Shown here: positions 17,592 through 27,674 of the stretch, piece by piece | How the letters are laid out: the number at the start of each line of letters is the position of its first letter | How positions within the stretch are numbered: position 1 is the first letter of the stretch | Translations under genes and position numbers: made by a program | From: Chloroflexota bacterium | GTDB taxonomy: Bacteria; Chloroflexota; UBA11872; VXOZ01 | Reading direction: 5' to 3' | DNA length: 64,000 nucleotides | Assembly: GCA_965219505.1 (NCBI GenBank) | Contig: OZ244775.1 | Coordinates: forward strand, 2,077,418-2,141,417 | The notes under the pieces: generated by a model | Told to the model about the DNA's origin: nothing | Databases searched by the model: none | What the model saw: the letters and a program-made list of their open reading frames with translations, nothing else

Positions 17592-18055
17592 TGGAAACCA
17601 CGCCTATCGCACTACATCTGATCGTGCTTACGGCGTACATCTCGCCAAGAGGGAATAGCGCAACAGCGCGCACTGCGAATGCCATACCGGGACCCTTCGG
17701 TTGGAGTCCCCCATGTCCTCAGGTCAACAACGGAATAGACTCCGTGTATACCTGAATTGTTGATTCCCCCATTGACTGCGGCGTGCCAGCATTGACGAAT
17801 GATTAAGTGCACACCACTCGCACCTTAGCCACATAGTACTCACGGCGCGCGCCAATGGCAAGAACTTAACGATCAATTCTTATCTCGTTCTAAGAATCGG
17901 CATGAGAAGGGAGAGGTTCTTGAGCGGTTGAAACAAACAGAAGGTGAGCGCAACGCGACTTTGAATTCTGAGCTGCCTAAGGCGCCGGCCGTTCTAAGGC
18001 GCTCGTCAAATTGAGGCCGCTGGGCAAGGCAAGGGGCTAGTCAACATCAAATCCG

Positions 18056-18928
18056 TCATTCGGCTTGTGTAGCTGCAGAATCTGACTTGCCGCCTTTAGG
18101 TGATTCTTCAGTGACGGAAGGTAACCGGTATGTACACACACTATTGAAATCACAGTAGTGGCAAACATTAGGATCGGGTGCCCGCAACTGCCAGAACGGA
18201 CGGAAGTCCGCGGATCGAATACCTGCGGCAACGGCATTCACGCGCGTCACGTATTGCTCCACGTGTTCCTGTTCGTAGCGAAAGTCGAGCCGCTGATACG
18301 TGATTTCCTCGCCTTTCACCAAGACGTCGAGGCGTACGGGAGGCAGCGTGGTGGCTAGGGGCAGTTGTCCCGGCCGCTGGCGCGCACCCAGACGCAGGGC
18401 ATTGTAGCCGAGACTATACGTAAGCAACTGTATGTCGTGCGCCAAGTAATCTGCGGAAAAGGGCGAAGATGCAGTCTTGTGGTCGATAACCGTGCCGTCC
18501 TGGTCGACCAGGTCAACATAGCCAACAATCGGCACGTCCACTCCCGGCACGCTAAAGTCAAACCGTTCTTCGATCAGGTGAGGTCGAATGTGCGGGGCAA
18601 CCTCCTCAACGTAATATTCGACCAAGTCATACCCCAGTTCGCGCAATTCTTCTACTTCCGCGCGCCCCTCCTCATCCAATTCGTGCAAAGTGGCGTCGAG
18701 GGCGTCGTCGAGAACGTCGAATGCCGCTTCAGTATCGAGCGTCTCACCAACGCTGCGTTTCTGCTTATAGTACATTTCGAAGACTGTATGCACGGCCCGG
18801 CCAAGCAACTGCGCAGCCGTGCTCGGCACGCGAATCCGCTCCGTGTACCGCAAGTGGTACATGTACGGACACCGCTCGTACGTGCGGATACTACTCGGAG
18901 ACAATCGGCGCAACGGGCGTGCCATCAT
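18056..18928 (-). CDS. PD-(D/E)XK nuclease, Cas4/RecB-like with 4-Cys cluster
   Basis: N-terminal Cys in SSIRTYERCPYMYHLRY. Nuclease core is GYVDLVDQDGTVIDHKT. The C-terminal CHYCDFNSVC gives the C...CxxCx5C pattern of Cas4/AddB nuclease domains. Confidence 0.8.
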   Translation of the reverse strand: MMARPLRRLSPSSIRTYERCPYMYHLRYTERIRVPSTAAQLLGRAVHTVFEMYYKQKRSVGETLDTEAAFDVLDDALDATLHELDEEGRAEVEELRELGYDLVEYYVEEVAPHIRPHLIEERFDFSVPGVDVPIVGYVDLVDQDGTVIDHKTASSPFSADYLAHDIQLLTYSLGYNALRLGARQRPGQLPLATTLPPVRLDVLVKGEEITYQRLDFRYEQEHVEQYVTRVNAVAAGIRSADFRPFWQLRAPDPNVCHYCDFNSVCTYRLPSVTEESPKGGKSDSAATQAE

Positions 18929-18934
18929 CCAATC

Positions 18935-19984
18935 CTATCCGATTGCGCGGGGTAATCCCACGTTCAGCATAGTCAACAGTCCGGCAGGTGCTTCTGCCAC
19001 GCGCGGCACCATGTTTGCGATTATAGACCACGTAGCCTGATCGCCGTGCGTGCCGCCTGCAACCTCCAATTGCATTGGTGGGTTGGCTTCTATAGAAATG
19101 CTGTCATTGCTCTGTTCGGCGGCCATGCTCATGGTGAGATCCAAGACGAGCTCACGGCCTTGGCTGACACCCTGAATGGTTTGATGAATACCGGCCACTT
19201 GCCCGGCAGCTATGTCGAAGTGTTCGGTCAATACGCTATTCTCTGCGCACACCGGGTCAATGGACTCTTGCGCATCCGGAATCTCCCAGCCCAGACCGGC
19301 GGCAATTAAGTAGAAAGACTCCCGCAACCCCACGTGTCCGATTCCGCCCCGGGAGGCCAATTGGAGAAATTCAGCCTCTTCCATGCCGGAACCGATCTTT
19401 TGCTGGAGCGCAAAGCGCCGCTCCCTGGCCGCAACGACCCGTGTAGAGACTACGCGCCGTATGTCGCTGCACACCGCTGTCGCCACGAGCACCAGCGTAT
19501 CCATGACGAATCCAGGATTGACGCCGGTGCCAAGGATGGTTACGCCGCTTTCGCGGGCCTTGGCGTCGATTTCTCGGGCAAGCGCAGGGTGGCGCAGCCA
19601 GGGGAATGCCAGCTCTTCACACGTACTTACCACATTGCAGCCGGCCGCCGCGATATCAGTAAGTTGACCGACGACATCCGGAACGTGCGAACCTGTTGCT
19701 TGCAGTACTACGTCAACTGGCTGGGAATTCAGTACGTCGCCGAGCGAAGCTTTAACCGGAATGCCCAACGTCTCTTCCAAGCCGAGAATCTCCCCCAGAT
19801 CTCTTCCGACCTTAGCGGGATCTACATCGACTGCGCCGACCACGTGCAACTGGGAACGCCCCAAAGCGGTTTGCACAATGCCGCACCCCACTGCCCCCAA
19901 TCCCATTTGCACAACGCGAATCGGTTCCACGGTCTCGCACTCCTTGGTCGTATATAGGTTCGCAACTATTCTATCGGACATCAT
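18935..19984 (-). CDS. NAD(P)-dependent amine dehydrogenase / dihydrodipicolinate-reductase-like family protein
   Basis: Rossmann N-terminus IRVVQMGLGAVGCGIV. Family-typical segments are GTGVNPGFVMD and GHVGLRESFYLIAAGLGW. Confidence 0.7.
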   Translation of the reverse strand: MMSDRIVANLYTTKECETVEPIRVVQMGLGAVGCGIVQTALGRSQLHVVGAVDVDPAKVGRDLGEILGLEETLGIPVKASLGDVLNSQPVDVVLQATGSHVPDVVGQLTDIAAAGCNVVSTCEELAFPWLRHPALAREIDAKARESGVTILGTGVNPGFVMDTLVLVATAVCSDIRRVVSTRVVAARERRFALQQKIGSGMEEAEFLQLASRGGIGHVGLRESFYLIAAGLGWEIPDAQESIDPVCAENSVLTEHFDIAAGQVAGIHQTIQGVSQGRELVLDLTMSMAAEQSNDSISIEANPPMQLEVAGGTHGDQATWSIIANMVPRVAEAPAGLLTMLNVGLPRAIG

Positions 19985-20138
19985 GGGGCGACTATGATCG
20001 CCAAACTTACCTGCGTCATTAGATGGAAGTCTGGCAGAGTTCCCTAGGTTTCAGCTTTCGGCGAGTTAATACTATCCCGGCTCCTACGCAACAACCAATC
20101 CACACTAACCCTGGCTCAAGACGCCCACTCCAGGTTTG

Positions 20139-21023
20139 CTAGTCATTGAGATAGAGCCGCTGCAACGTCCGTGCAACAGCCTCATAGTCATCGTTGTGGG
20201 TGTACTCATCGGCGGCATCACGGGCAGCTTGCGTCGCGCTACCCACAGCCACGCCCAGTCCTGCAAATTGCAGCATCTCTATGTCATTTACGTCGTCGCC
20301 GAACGCCACCACCTGGGCCGGCTCAACTCCTAGATGCGCGCAGAGCCACGTGAGGGCCGTAGCCTTGGAGGTGTTTGGACCTAGTATTTCCAATGCGCTC
20401 TGCCCGTCACGCACAAATGAGCTGGACTCGCGGCCTCGCCAGAAGACCAAGGTGTAGTCCAGGCCGGTGGCCGTCAGCACGTCGGCCAACTTTCGCAGCT
20501 CGTCCTCTTCGCCCCAGAGCACTATCTCGATTGGATCGGGCAGGTCGGTCACGGTGTTGAGATCGACAAAGAGCGATTCGAGATCGGGACGTCGCTTGAG
20601 CTGCGCCTGAGGACCTCTGTGAGCATGCCAATCACCATCGAATAACATGCGATTCCCTGCTGCAGCATTCTCATAGATAGTCGAGCGCAGACCAAGGCGG
20701 CGCGCTTCTTCCACGGCACGCCACGCCCATTCGCTCGGCAGGTAGCTCTCGTAGGTGATGGCGCCGGTGTGGTCGCGAATCACTGCGCCATTGCTGAGTA
20801 TCAAGTAGAGCGGAATCTCAAGGATTCCCGGCAAGAATTCCGCAATTATGTAGCGCCTACCGGTCGCCAGCGCTACGTGGACGCCCCGCGCTGCAAGTCT
20901 CTGTAGCGTGGCTTTTGTATCCGCAGTGACGCCGCCCTGCCCATCAAGCAGAGTGCCGTCTACATCTAGGGCAATTAGTCGATATGGTTTTGAAATTGGA
21001 TTGGCTGTGGACTTTGGGGGCAT
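20139..21023 (-). CDS. Cof-type HAD-IIB phosphatase
   Basis: Motif I is LIALDVDGTLLD and motif IV is FGDDVNDIEML. Confidence 0.85.
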   Translation of the reverse strand: MPPKSTANPISKPYRLIALDVDGTLLDGQGGVTADTKATLQRLAARGVHVALATGRRYIIAEFLPGILEIPLYLILSNGAVIRDHTGAITYESYLPSEWAWRAVEEARRLGLRSTIYENAAAGNRMLFDGDWHAHRGPQAQLKRRPDLESLFVDLNTVTDLPDPIEIVLWGEEDELRKLADVLTATGLDYTLVFWRGRESSSFVRDGQSALEILGPNTSKATALTWLCAHLGVEPAQVVAFGDDVNDIEMLQFAGLGVAVGSATQAARDAADEYTHNDDYEAVARTLQRLYLND

Positions 21024-21035
21024 AATCTTAGATTG

Positions 21036-21395
21036 TCATAGTGGTAGGTCTTCGGAACCGCCGGAGCCGGCAGAGTCCTCATCATCGGGAATCTTGCCTG
21101 ACTCCAATTCTCGTACCATGTCTTCGTACTCGCCTGGTAGTTCTGCGCCGGACTCTTCCCCCATAGTGCGCGCTAGACGTCCTAGCGCGCGGGGATCGCT
21201 TTCATCAAAGTCATCGGCAAATGATGGATCTTCCATCGACACACCCGCACGGTGCACGGCAACGCGTGAAATCAAACGTTCCAAGTCCATAGAGGAACAG
21301 TGCGGACAAACCGGGTCCTGCACTTGAGAGAAACTACGGAAAAAGTGTGTCGACGCCTTCTTGCAGTCCAGACATTCGTATTCATAAGTCGGCAT
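21036..21395 (-). CDS. FmdB-family zinc-ribbon protein
   Basis: MPTYEYECLDCKK...CPHCSS. The ORF track starts two codons earlier, at 21401. The tail is acidic. Confidence 0.75.
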   Translation of the reverse strand: MPTYEYECLDCKKASTHFFRSFSQVQDPVCPHCSSMDLERLISRVAVHRAGVSMEDPSFADDFDESDPRALGRLARTMGEESGAELPGEYEDMVRELESGKIPDDEDSAGSGGSEDLPL

Positions 21396-21598
21396 ACGCA
21401 TTCCCCGGCCCGTTTGGGGAACCTAATCTGTCGCAGAGTTTCAGCGCGCCGATATTGGCGGCCCCAACATTAATAGTACACAGAGTCGGGAATTGATTCA
21501 TGTAGTGCTATTGGATCGAACGGTGCAAAGGATGCCCAAACCCAGACAGCATGTGATGTAATTCTGTGAGAGCGGCACCAAGTTCCACCGTTGAAAGC

Positions 21599-21624
21599 AG
21601 TAGGCGGGCCCAGGCCCGCCTACT
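21599..21624 (-). terminator. GC-rich hairpin downstream of glnA (11-bp perfect stem)
   Basis: AGTAGGCGGGC-CCAG-GCCCGCCTACT lies about 75 nt past the glnA stop. Only a weak U-tract (GCTTTC) follows on the minus strand. Confidence 0.45.
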
Positions 21625-21697
21625 CGCTCGCTCATTCTTTATGGATGAAATGCCTCGGCAACAAGCCGGCAATTGGAGCCGAATACGCACCGATGCA

Positions 21698-23161
21698 CTA
21701 CACGTCGTAGTAAAGGAAGAACTCATACGGGTGAGGACGCAGCCGCACCTGATCGTCTTCCTCCGTGCGCTTGTAATCGAGCCAACTGTCGATGAGGTCT
21801 TGTGTGAAAACATCGCCCTTCAATAGGAATTCCTGATCCGCCTCGAGCGCATTCAGTGCTTCTTGCAGCGAACCCGGCACCGCCTGAATCTTGGCAATTT
21901 CCTCCGGTGAAAGCTCATACAGGTCTACGTCCTGCGGTTCCGGCGGCTCGATCTTGTTCTGAATGCCGTCCAATCCCGCCATGAGGCAGGCCGCAAATGC
22001 ATAGTATGGGTTGCAAGAGGGATCGGGAGGGCGGAACTCCAAGCGCCGCGCGCCTGGGCTCTCGGAATACGTGGGAATACGTATCATCGCGCTACGATTC
22101 CGCTCGCTGTACGCAAGATACACCGGCGCTTCGTAACCCGGCACCAAGCGGCGATAGGAGTTCGTCGTTGGGGCGGCGAACGCCAGCACAGCGGCTGCGT
22201 GCTTGAGCAGACCGCCAATATACCAGCGCGCCTGGTCGCTGAGCAAGGCGTAACCATTTGCATCGTAGAAAAGGTTGGTACCGTCTCTCCAAAGACTCTG
22301 GTGAACATGCATACCGGAACCGTTATCCTGGAACAGCGGCTTCGGCATAAACGTCGCCGTTAGTCCGTGCTCCACACAGGTCTGCCTCACCACATACTTG
22401 TACTTCATCACATGATCGGCCATTAGCGTAAGCGTGTCGAAGCGCATGTCAATCTCTGCCTGGCCTGCGGTACCCACCTCGTGGTGGTGCACCTCTACCT
22501 CAATGCCTACCGACTGCAGCTTTAGGGTAATATTCGAGCGCACGTCCTGTAGTTGGTCGGTCGGCGGTACCGGATAGTACCCGCCCTTTAGTCGCGGACG
22601 GAAACCAAGATTCGGCGCCTTGTTGGTCAGGTCCCCGGTGTTCCAAACTCCTTCGTCAGAGTCAATGAAGTAATAGCCGCTATTCACATTCTGGTCGAAG
22701 CGCACGTCATTGAAAATAAAGAACTCTACTTCGGGACCGATGTATATCGTATCGGCGATGCCGGTGCTGATCAGATACTGTTCAGCCTTACTCGCCACGT
22801 GGCGCGGGTCTTTGTTGTATGGCTCCATCGTCCCAGGAAAGACCACGTTGCAGATCAAGACCAGTGTGGTAACTTTGAGATTAGGATCGATGAATGCGCT
22901 TGAGGGGTCGGGGATCACGAGCATGTCGCTCTCATTGATGTGTTGAAATCCCCTAATGGATGAGCCGTCGAATCCAAGACCGTCACTAAATACATCTGAA
23001 TTAAGCTGGGTCATGGGAATCGAGAAATGCTGCCACGTACCGGGCAGATCGGTAAACCGAAGATCGACCATTTGGCAGCCATGCTCCTTAGCAAAAGCGA
23101 TCACTGCCTCTGGCGTGGGTGCTGCGTCTGAATCCCATTCTAGAATGTACGTATTTGCCAT
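21698..23161 (-). CDS. glnA: Glutamine synthetase type I
   Basis: The ATP-binding signature FMPKPLFQDNGSGMHVHQS is present. The protein is full length, from MANTYILEWD to EFFLYYDV. Confidence 0.95.
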   Translation of the reverse strand: MANTYILEWDSDAAPTPEAVIAFAKEHGCQMVDLRFTDLPGTWQHFSIPMTQLNSDVFSDGLGFDGSSIRGFQHINESDMLVIPDPSSAFIDPNLKVTTLVLICNVVFPGTMEPYNKDPRHVASKAEQYLISTGIADTIYIGPEVEFFIFNDVRFDQNVNSGYYFIDSDEGVWNTGDLTNKAPNLGFRPRLKGGYYPVPPTDQLQDVRSNITLKLQSVGIEVEVHHHEVGTAGQAEIDMRFDTLTLMADHVMKYKYVVRQTCVEHGLTATFMPKPLFQDNGSGMHVHQSLWRDGTNLFYDANGYALLSDQARWYIGGLLKHAAAVLAFAAPTTNSYRRLVPGYEAPVYLAYSERNRSAMIRIPTYSESPGARRLEFRPPDPSCNPYYAFAACLMAGLDGIQNKIEPPEPQDVDLYELSPEEIAKIQAVPGSLQEALNALEADQEFLLKGDVFTQDLIDSWLDYKRTEEDDQVRLRPHPYEFFLYYDV

Positions 23162-23580
23162 GCTCTTACCTCCTTATAGCGCATGGTCGTCGCGCCAAAG
23201 AACGTGCGTTTTTCTTGGCACCTGAGCAAATCGAGAGTCTTATCCAACGGTCAAGATTACCAGACTTGCTTTCCTACTGTCTAGCACTTTCCAGCCACTG
23301 AGCAAAGTGTGCTCGCACCAAACTGTTTCTCTACATCTGCTTAGCTATTGAGCTTCCCTTTATCGGCGCTCTGCGACCTCCGTGCCTGCTGCAAATCACT
23401 GTGTCTTTCATAAGAAAGAGCAGTTCATGCGTTGGTAACCACACGCTAGTAGCCAAAGCGCTCCCATACGTTTACGCTATCTGCACTCTATGGTATGGTA
23501 TCTACGTAAATTAACCGAACGCGTATATTGCGGTTCGCGTGGTCGCTTAGCAGGCTAAGAATCCGGAGGAAACACAACGC

Positions 23581-24459
23581 GTGAGACGATTTGACTATGC
23601 TGCTCCAACCCAAACCTATGAAGCCTGTGCGCTGCTGGCAGACCGCGGCGACGACGCGCGAGCGCTGGCGGGTGGTACAGATCTCATTGTGCAGATGAGG
23701 GAACGCGGACGCAAGGTTCCCCTCATCGTCAGCTTGCGCAATCTTGAGGATCTTAAGGGCATCAGCCAGAATGCCGACGGCACACTGACTATCGGTGCTA
23801 TGGCATCCGGGAATGAAGTGACCCACAGCCCGCTTGTGCAAAGTCACGCCTTTTTTGTAAGTGAAGGCGCGGAGCTTCTCGGTTCAATTCAGATCCGCAA
23901 TCGCGGCACGCTTGGTGGCAATGTGGGCAACGCCGCGCCAAGTGCCGATGCGGCCCCGCCCCTCGTGGCCGCTCATGCTACTGCCTGCATCGTTGGCAAG
24001 AAGGGCACGCGTGAGGCCCCCGTGGGCGACCTCATGACAGGACCGGGCCAACTTGCGCTTGAACCCGGAGAGCTAATTCAGTCTTTCACCGTGCCGGCTC
24101 AGCCTGCACACACCGGCACACGCTACGTGCGTCATGTGCCGCGGCGTGAGATGGATATCGCCGTGGTCGGGGTGGCAGCCCTTGTTACGCTGGAAGATGA
24201 CTTGGAAACCATCAAGGACGCCAGCGTCGTCCTCTCCGCCGTTGCACCCACCTGGCCGCATGCTACCACTGCGGAACAGGCACTTCGCGGCCAGCCGGTC
24301 AACGAAAAGACACTGGCAAATGCCGGCGAGGCGGCCGCGGCTGATTCGCGGCCGATCTCGGACGTCCGTGCATCGGCAGAATACCGCCGCATGATGGTAG
24401 ACGTCTACACACGTCGGGCCCTCACGACGGCTATCGAACGCGCCAGAGCGGCGAGCTAA
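23581..24459 (+). CDS. Xanthine-dehydrogenase-family FAD-binding (medium) subunit
   Basis: GTG start with a GGAGGA RBS. The FAD-binding motif RALAGGTDLIVQM is present. Confidence 0.9.
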   Translation: MRRFDYAAPTQTYEACALLADRGDDARALAGGTDLIVQMRERGRKVPLIVSLRNLEDLKGISQNADGTLTIGAMASGNEVTHSPLVQSHAFFVSEGAELLGSIQIRNRGTLGGNVGNAAPSADAAPPLVAAHATACIVGKKGTREAPVGDLMTGPGQLALEPGELIQSFTVPAQPAHTGTRYVRHVPRREMDIAVVGVAALVTLEDDLETIKDASVVLSAVAPTWPHATTAEQALRGQPVNEKTLANAGEAAAADSRPISDVRASAEYRRMMVDVYTRRALTTAIERARAAS

Positions 24460-24503
24460 CGACACCTATCGGCACAACTACATTTTTGGAGGCAGCAAGA
24501 GCG

Positions 24504-25031
24504 ATGGACTATCCGTTGCAACTAACGGTGAACGGTGTTCGAGTGAAGCGAATTGTTGAGCCGCAGGTGCGGCTTCTCGACTTCCTCCGCGAAGACTTGG
24601 GCCTTACCGGCGCGAAAGAAGGCTGTGGCACGGGTGACTGCGGCGCGTGCACCGTGCTCGTAGACGGTGAACCGCACCACTCCTGTCTTACTCTCGCCGT
24701 TGAAGCCGAGGACGCGGCGGTAACCACCGTCGAGGGACTTGGAAGCGATGGCAAGCTGAACGCGGTGCAATCCGCATTCGTTAGCGAAGGCGCAACGCAG
24801 TGCGGTATCTGCACTCCCGGCTTCGTGGTAATGGCAACCGCATACCTGCGCGACAATCCTAATCCCACCGACGATGAGTTGCGCATGGGTATTGCAGGCA
24901 ATTTATGCCGCTGCACCGGCTACGAACCCATTATGACTGCGCTACATTCTGTTATTGACGGCAAAGTAGAGTTGATCGAAGTGGCGCCGGAGCCACGGGA
25001 GCTTGTACCTGAGCCCGAAGGCGAAATCTAA
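24504..25031 (+). CDS. Xanthine-dehydrogenase-family (2Fe-2S) small subunit
   Basis: Cluster motifs GCGTGDCGACTV, CGICTPGFVM and CRCTGYEPI. ATG 24504 with GGAGG at 24488-24492 is preferred over the TTG at 24486 used by the ORF track. Confidence 0.9.
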   Translation: MDYPLQLTVNGVRVKRIVEPQVRLLDFLREDLGLTGAKEGCGTGDCGACTVLVDGEPHHSCLTLAVEAEDAAVTTVEGLGSDGKLNAVQSAFVSEGATQCGICTPGFVVMATAYLRDNPNPTDDELRMGIAGNLCRCTGYEPIMTALHSVIDGKVELIEVAPEPRELVPEPEGEI

Positions 25032-25086
25032 GGGCCTAAGCGCCTTCCACAGACTGCACGTCTAAATATCGCGAGGAGGAGGAACC

Positions 25087-27408
25087 ATGGCAAAAGTGGT
25101 CGAACGTCCGCAAGAGAAGACCGCGCTACGTGTTGCTAATAAACCGGTGATCCGCATTGACGGTATCGAGAACGTCACGGGCGCCGCCAAGTTTGGCGCT
25201 GATTTCTCATTGCCCGGTATGCTCTGGGGCGCAATCCTGCGCAGCCCCCACGCACATGCCCGCATCAAGGGTATCGATTACTCTAAGGCGCTGGAGGCGC
25301 CCGGCGTCGTTACGGTCGCAACCGCCGCCGACTTTGCGGAGGATGTGGTGGAGCCCACGTCGCGTCCCCACAACGTCTTCGCCGGTGACTTTGCTCTCTT
25401 CCTTGGAGAGCCGATCGCTGCGGTGGCCGCCGTCACGAATGAGGATGCGGAGGCAGCGCTCGAACTCATCGAGGTCGACTATGAGCCGCTTCCCCACGTG
25501 CTCGACCCCTTGGAAACCATGGAACCCAATGCCCCCGTCATACGGCATGGCGACGGCGGCGAGATTGACCGCACCGAGATGTCGTTCCATTCTTCCGTCG
25601 CTTCATCCGCAGAGGACATGGATGAATCCGGCAATGTCTCCTCCCAGGTGCAGTTTTCGCGCGGCGACTTAGAGGAAGGTTTTGCTGAAGCGGATGTAAT
25701 TAAGGAAGGCCGTTTCACGGCAGCCATGGTGCACCAGACGTATATTGAGCCCCATGCTGCGCTCGCCCATTACACGCCGTCCGGCGACATGAAGATGTGG
25801 GTTACGTCGCAAGGCCAGTTCTACGTGCGGGATACTGTAGCGCGCTTGCTGAAGCTACCGGCCCATAAAGTGATTGTACAAGGCACCGCCATTGGCGGTG
25901 GTTTTGGCGGCAAGATGACACTGCTGGCGCCAATTCCCGCCATCCTCTCTAAAAAGGCGCGCCTGCCTGTAAAGGTGGTGTGGAGCAGAAGCGAAGAACT
26001 CGTCGCTGCCAATCCGGCGCCGCAATCCGTAATCGACGTGAAGATCGGCGCGAAACGGGACGGCACGCTCACTGCCTTGCAGGGCCGCGTGGTCATGGAT
26101 ACCGGCGCCTATCCCGGCTCACCAATGTCTACGGCTACGATGCTCTTGGGAAGCTGCTACGTCTTCCCCAACATGGAATTGGAAGGTTTCGAAGTACTGA
26201 CCAATAAAGTGAGCGTAGGCGCTTACCGCGCTCCCGGCGCACCGAATGCTGCACACGCGGTAGAAAACGTGATGAGCTGGGTCGCGCAAGAGCTTGGCAT
26301 GGACCCGGTGGATTTCCGCCTGCAGAACGTGATAAAGGAAGGCGACCGCTGGCCGAACGGTCAACCCCTGCCGGACGTTGGCGGTGTGGAGGTGCTCGAA
26401 GCCATCAAGGAGCATTCGGTATGGAGTACGCCCCTTGCGCAAGGGAGTAACGGCAAGCCCCGCGGCCGCGGCATGGCAATCGGTTGCTGGTCCGGTGGCG
26501 CGGGTGGTTCCGCAGCCACCATCAAGCTCGAAGCCGACGGCTCGTTTAGCATCCTCGTCGGTACGATCAACCTTACCGGTTCATCGACCTCTATTGCTCA
26601 AGTCGCTGCCGAGGAATTGCGCGTACCCCTCGAATACGTGAGCGTATCGCAAGGCGATACGAACGAAGCGCCCTATGGCCCGGTGGCAGGCGGCAGTCAG
26701 ATCACCTACACGATGAGCCTTTCGGCCGCCGCTGCTGCCCAAGAAGTGCTGCGGCAGATGAAGACAGTCGCGGCGCAGCGCCTTGGCGCAGACGCCGACG
26801 AGATCGAATATGACGACGGTAAGATGTGGGCAAACGGCAACCCTGATCGTTATGTCACCTACAAGCGCATTTCGGATGAAGCAGTCGGCTCTGCCAACGG
26901 CCCCATCATCGGCACGGGCCACGGCAAACCGGCACGCGGCAATCCCGGTTTCGCCGGTACCATAGCTGATGTTGAGGTTGATACGGAGACCGGTTTGGTC
27001 ACCATCCTCAACCTTGTGGGCGTTCAGGACGCCGGTTTTGCCATCAACCCGCTTTCGGTGAAAGGCCAAATCCAGGGCGGCACCATTCAAGGTGTCGGCT
27101 ACGCCCTGCTGGAAGAGATCGTCTACGACGAAGACGGCCGCGTGCGTAATCCCGGTCTTCTCGACTATCGCCTGCCCACGGCAGCGGACGTGCCCGACGT
27201 GGACGCCGTCATCGTCGAGAAACACAATCCCTACGGCTGGCACGGTACACGAATCGTTGGCGAGCCCAGTATCGTACCGCCGGGCGCCGCCATTACCAGT
27301 GCCATCAGCGATGCTCTCGGCATTCCGCTGCACAACATGCCGCTCACGCCGGAGCGGATTGTGATGGCCCTCAAAGACGCGAGGTCGAATGGCGAGCCAT
27401 CCGCATAG
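25087..27408 (+). CDS. Xanthine-dehydrogenase-family molybdopterin-binding large subunit
   Basis: Contains AIGGGFGGK and GAYRAPGAPN. At 773 aa it has the typical large-subunit length. Confidence 0.9.
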   Translation: MAKVVERPQEKTALRVANKPVIRIDGIENVTGAAKFGADFSLPGMLWGAILRSPHAHARIKGIDYSKALEAPGVVTVATAADFAEDVVEPTSRPHNVFAGDFALFLGEPIAAVAAVTNEDAEAALELIEVDYEPLPHVLDPLETMEPNAPVIRHGDGGEIDRTEMSFHSSVASSAEDMDESGNVSSQVQFSRGDLEEGFAEADVIKEGRFTAAMVHQTYIEPHAALAHYTPSGDMKMWVTSQGQFYVRDTVARLLKLPAHKVIVQGTAIGGGFGGKMTLLAPIPAILSKKARLPVKVVWSRSEELVAANPAPQSVIDVKIGAKRDGTLTALQGRVVMDTGAYPGSPMSTATMLLGSCYVFPNMELEGFEVLTNKVSVGAYRAPGAPNAAHAVENVMSWVAQELGMDPVDFRLQNVIKEGDRWPNGQPLPDVGGVEVLEAIKEHSVWSTPLAQGSNGKPRGRGMAIGCWSGGAGGSAATIKLEADGSFSILVGTINLTGSSTSIAQVAAEELRVPLEYVSVSQGDTNEAPYGPVAGGSQITYTMSLSAAAAAQEVLRQMKTVAAQRLGADADEIEYDDGKMWANGNPDRYVTYKRISDEAVGSANGPIIGTGHGKPARGNPGFAGTIADVEVDTETGLVTILNLVGVQDAGFAINPLSVKGQIQGGTIQGVGYALLEEIVYDEDGRVRNPGLLDYRLPTAADVPDVDAVIVEKHNPYGWHGTRIVGEPSIVPPGAAITSAISDALGIPLHNMPLTPERIVMALKDARSNGEPSA

Positions 27409-27428
27409 GCGGATCGTTTCGACAATTA

Positions 27429-27463
27429 GGAAAGGGGCGTCATGCAAACTGACGCTCCTTTCT
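27429..27463 (+). terminator. Hairpin after the Mo-enzyme operon (14-bp stem including two G-U pairs), no U-tract
   Basis: GGAAAGGGGCGTCA-TGCAAAC-TGACGCTCCTTTCT lies 21 nt after the stop at 27408. Confidence 0.35.
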
Positions 27464-27674
27464 CCTTAAAGTGTGGGCGAGGCCGGTGCGGGAGCAATCA
27501 CCCAACGAGCCATGCTCTGTGAATGCTAGGAAAAGGGTAGCTATCAACTAAGCTAACGGCTTGATGACGGCTATCTCTGCTTACAAGGTTCTCTTGCGAG
27601 AAAAGCGCGCGATTTGGGGTGCACGCCGATGTGCAATCGGCACCCCTTAGAATAGGAGAGGGAGAGGTAAGACT

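Noticed and set aside
17218-17658. A 146-aa plus-strand ORF in the gene-poor gap.
   Set aside because: It is Pro/Arg/Cys-rich and non-protein-like, with no RBS. It overlaps the marginally more plausible minus-strand ORF.
18056-18928. The possibility that the Cas4-like nuclease marks a CRISPR-Cas locus.
   Set aside because: I saw no direct-repeat/spacer array and no other cas-like gene anywhere in the 64 kb. The flanking genes are metabolic.
23216-23232. A sigma-54-like TGGCAC-N5 element in the glnA / Mo-enzyme intergenic region.
   Set aside because: The downstream half reads CAAA instead of TTGC. The element points away from glnA and lies about 360 nt from the next plus-strand start.
25087-27408. 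Carbon-monoxide dehydrogenase (CoxL) identity for the Mo enzyme.
   Set aside because: The active-site loop reads GAYRAPG rather than the AYRCSFR (form I) or AYRGAGR (form II) signatures. No coxDEF-type accessory genes are present. I kept the generic xanthine-dehydrogenase-family call.
26581-27447. A long (288 aa) antisense ORF inside the Mo-subunit gene. Similar long antisense ORFs occur at 29002-29817, 34191-35024, 27768-28466, 43210-43770, 62527-63333 and 13569-14813.
   Set aside because: They lie opposite genes with clear family motifs and are Arg/Gly/Ala/His-rich with no recognisable motifs. This is what high GC content produces on the non-coding strand.
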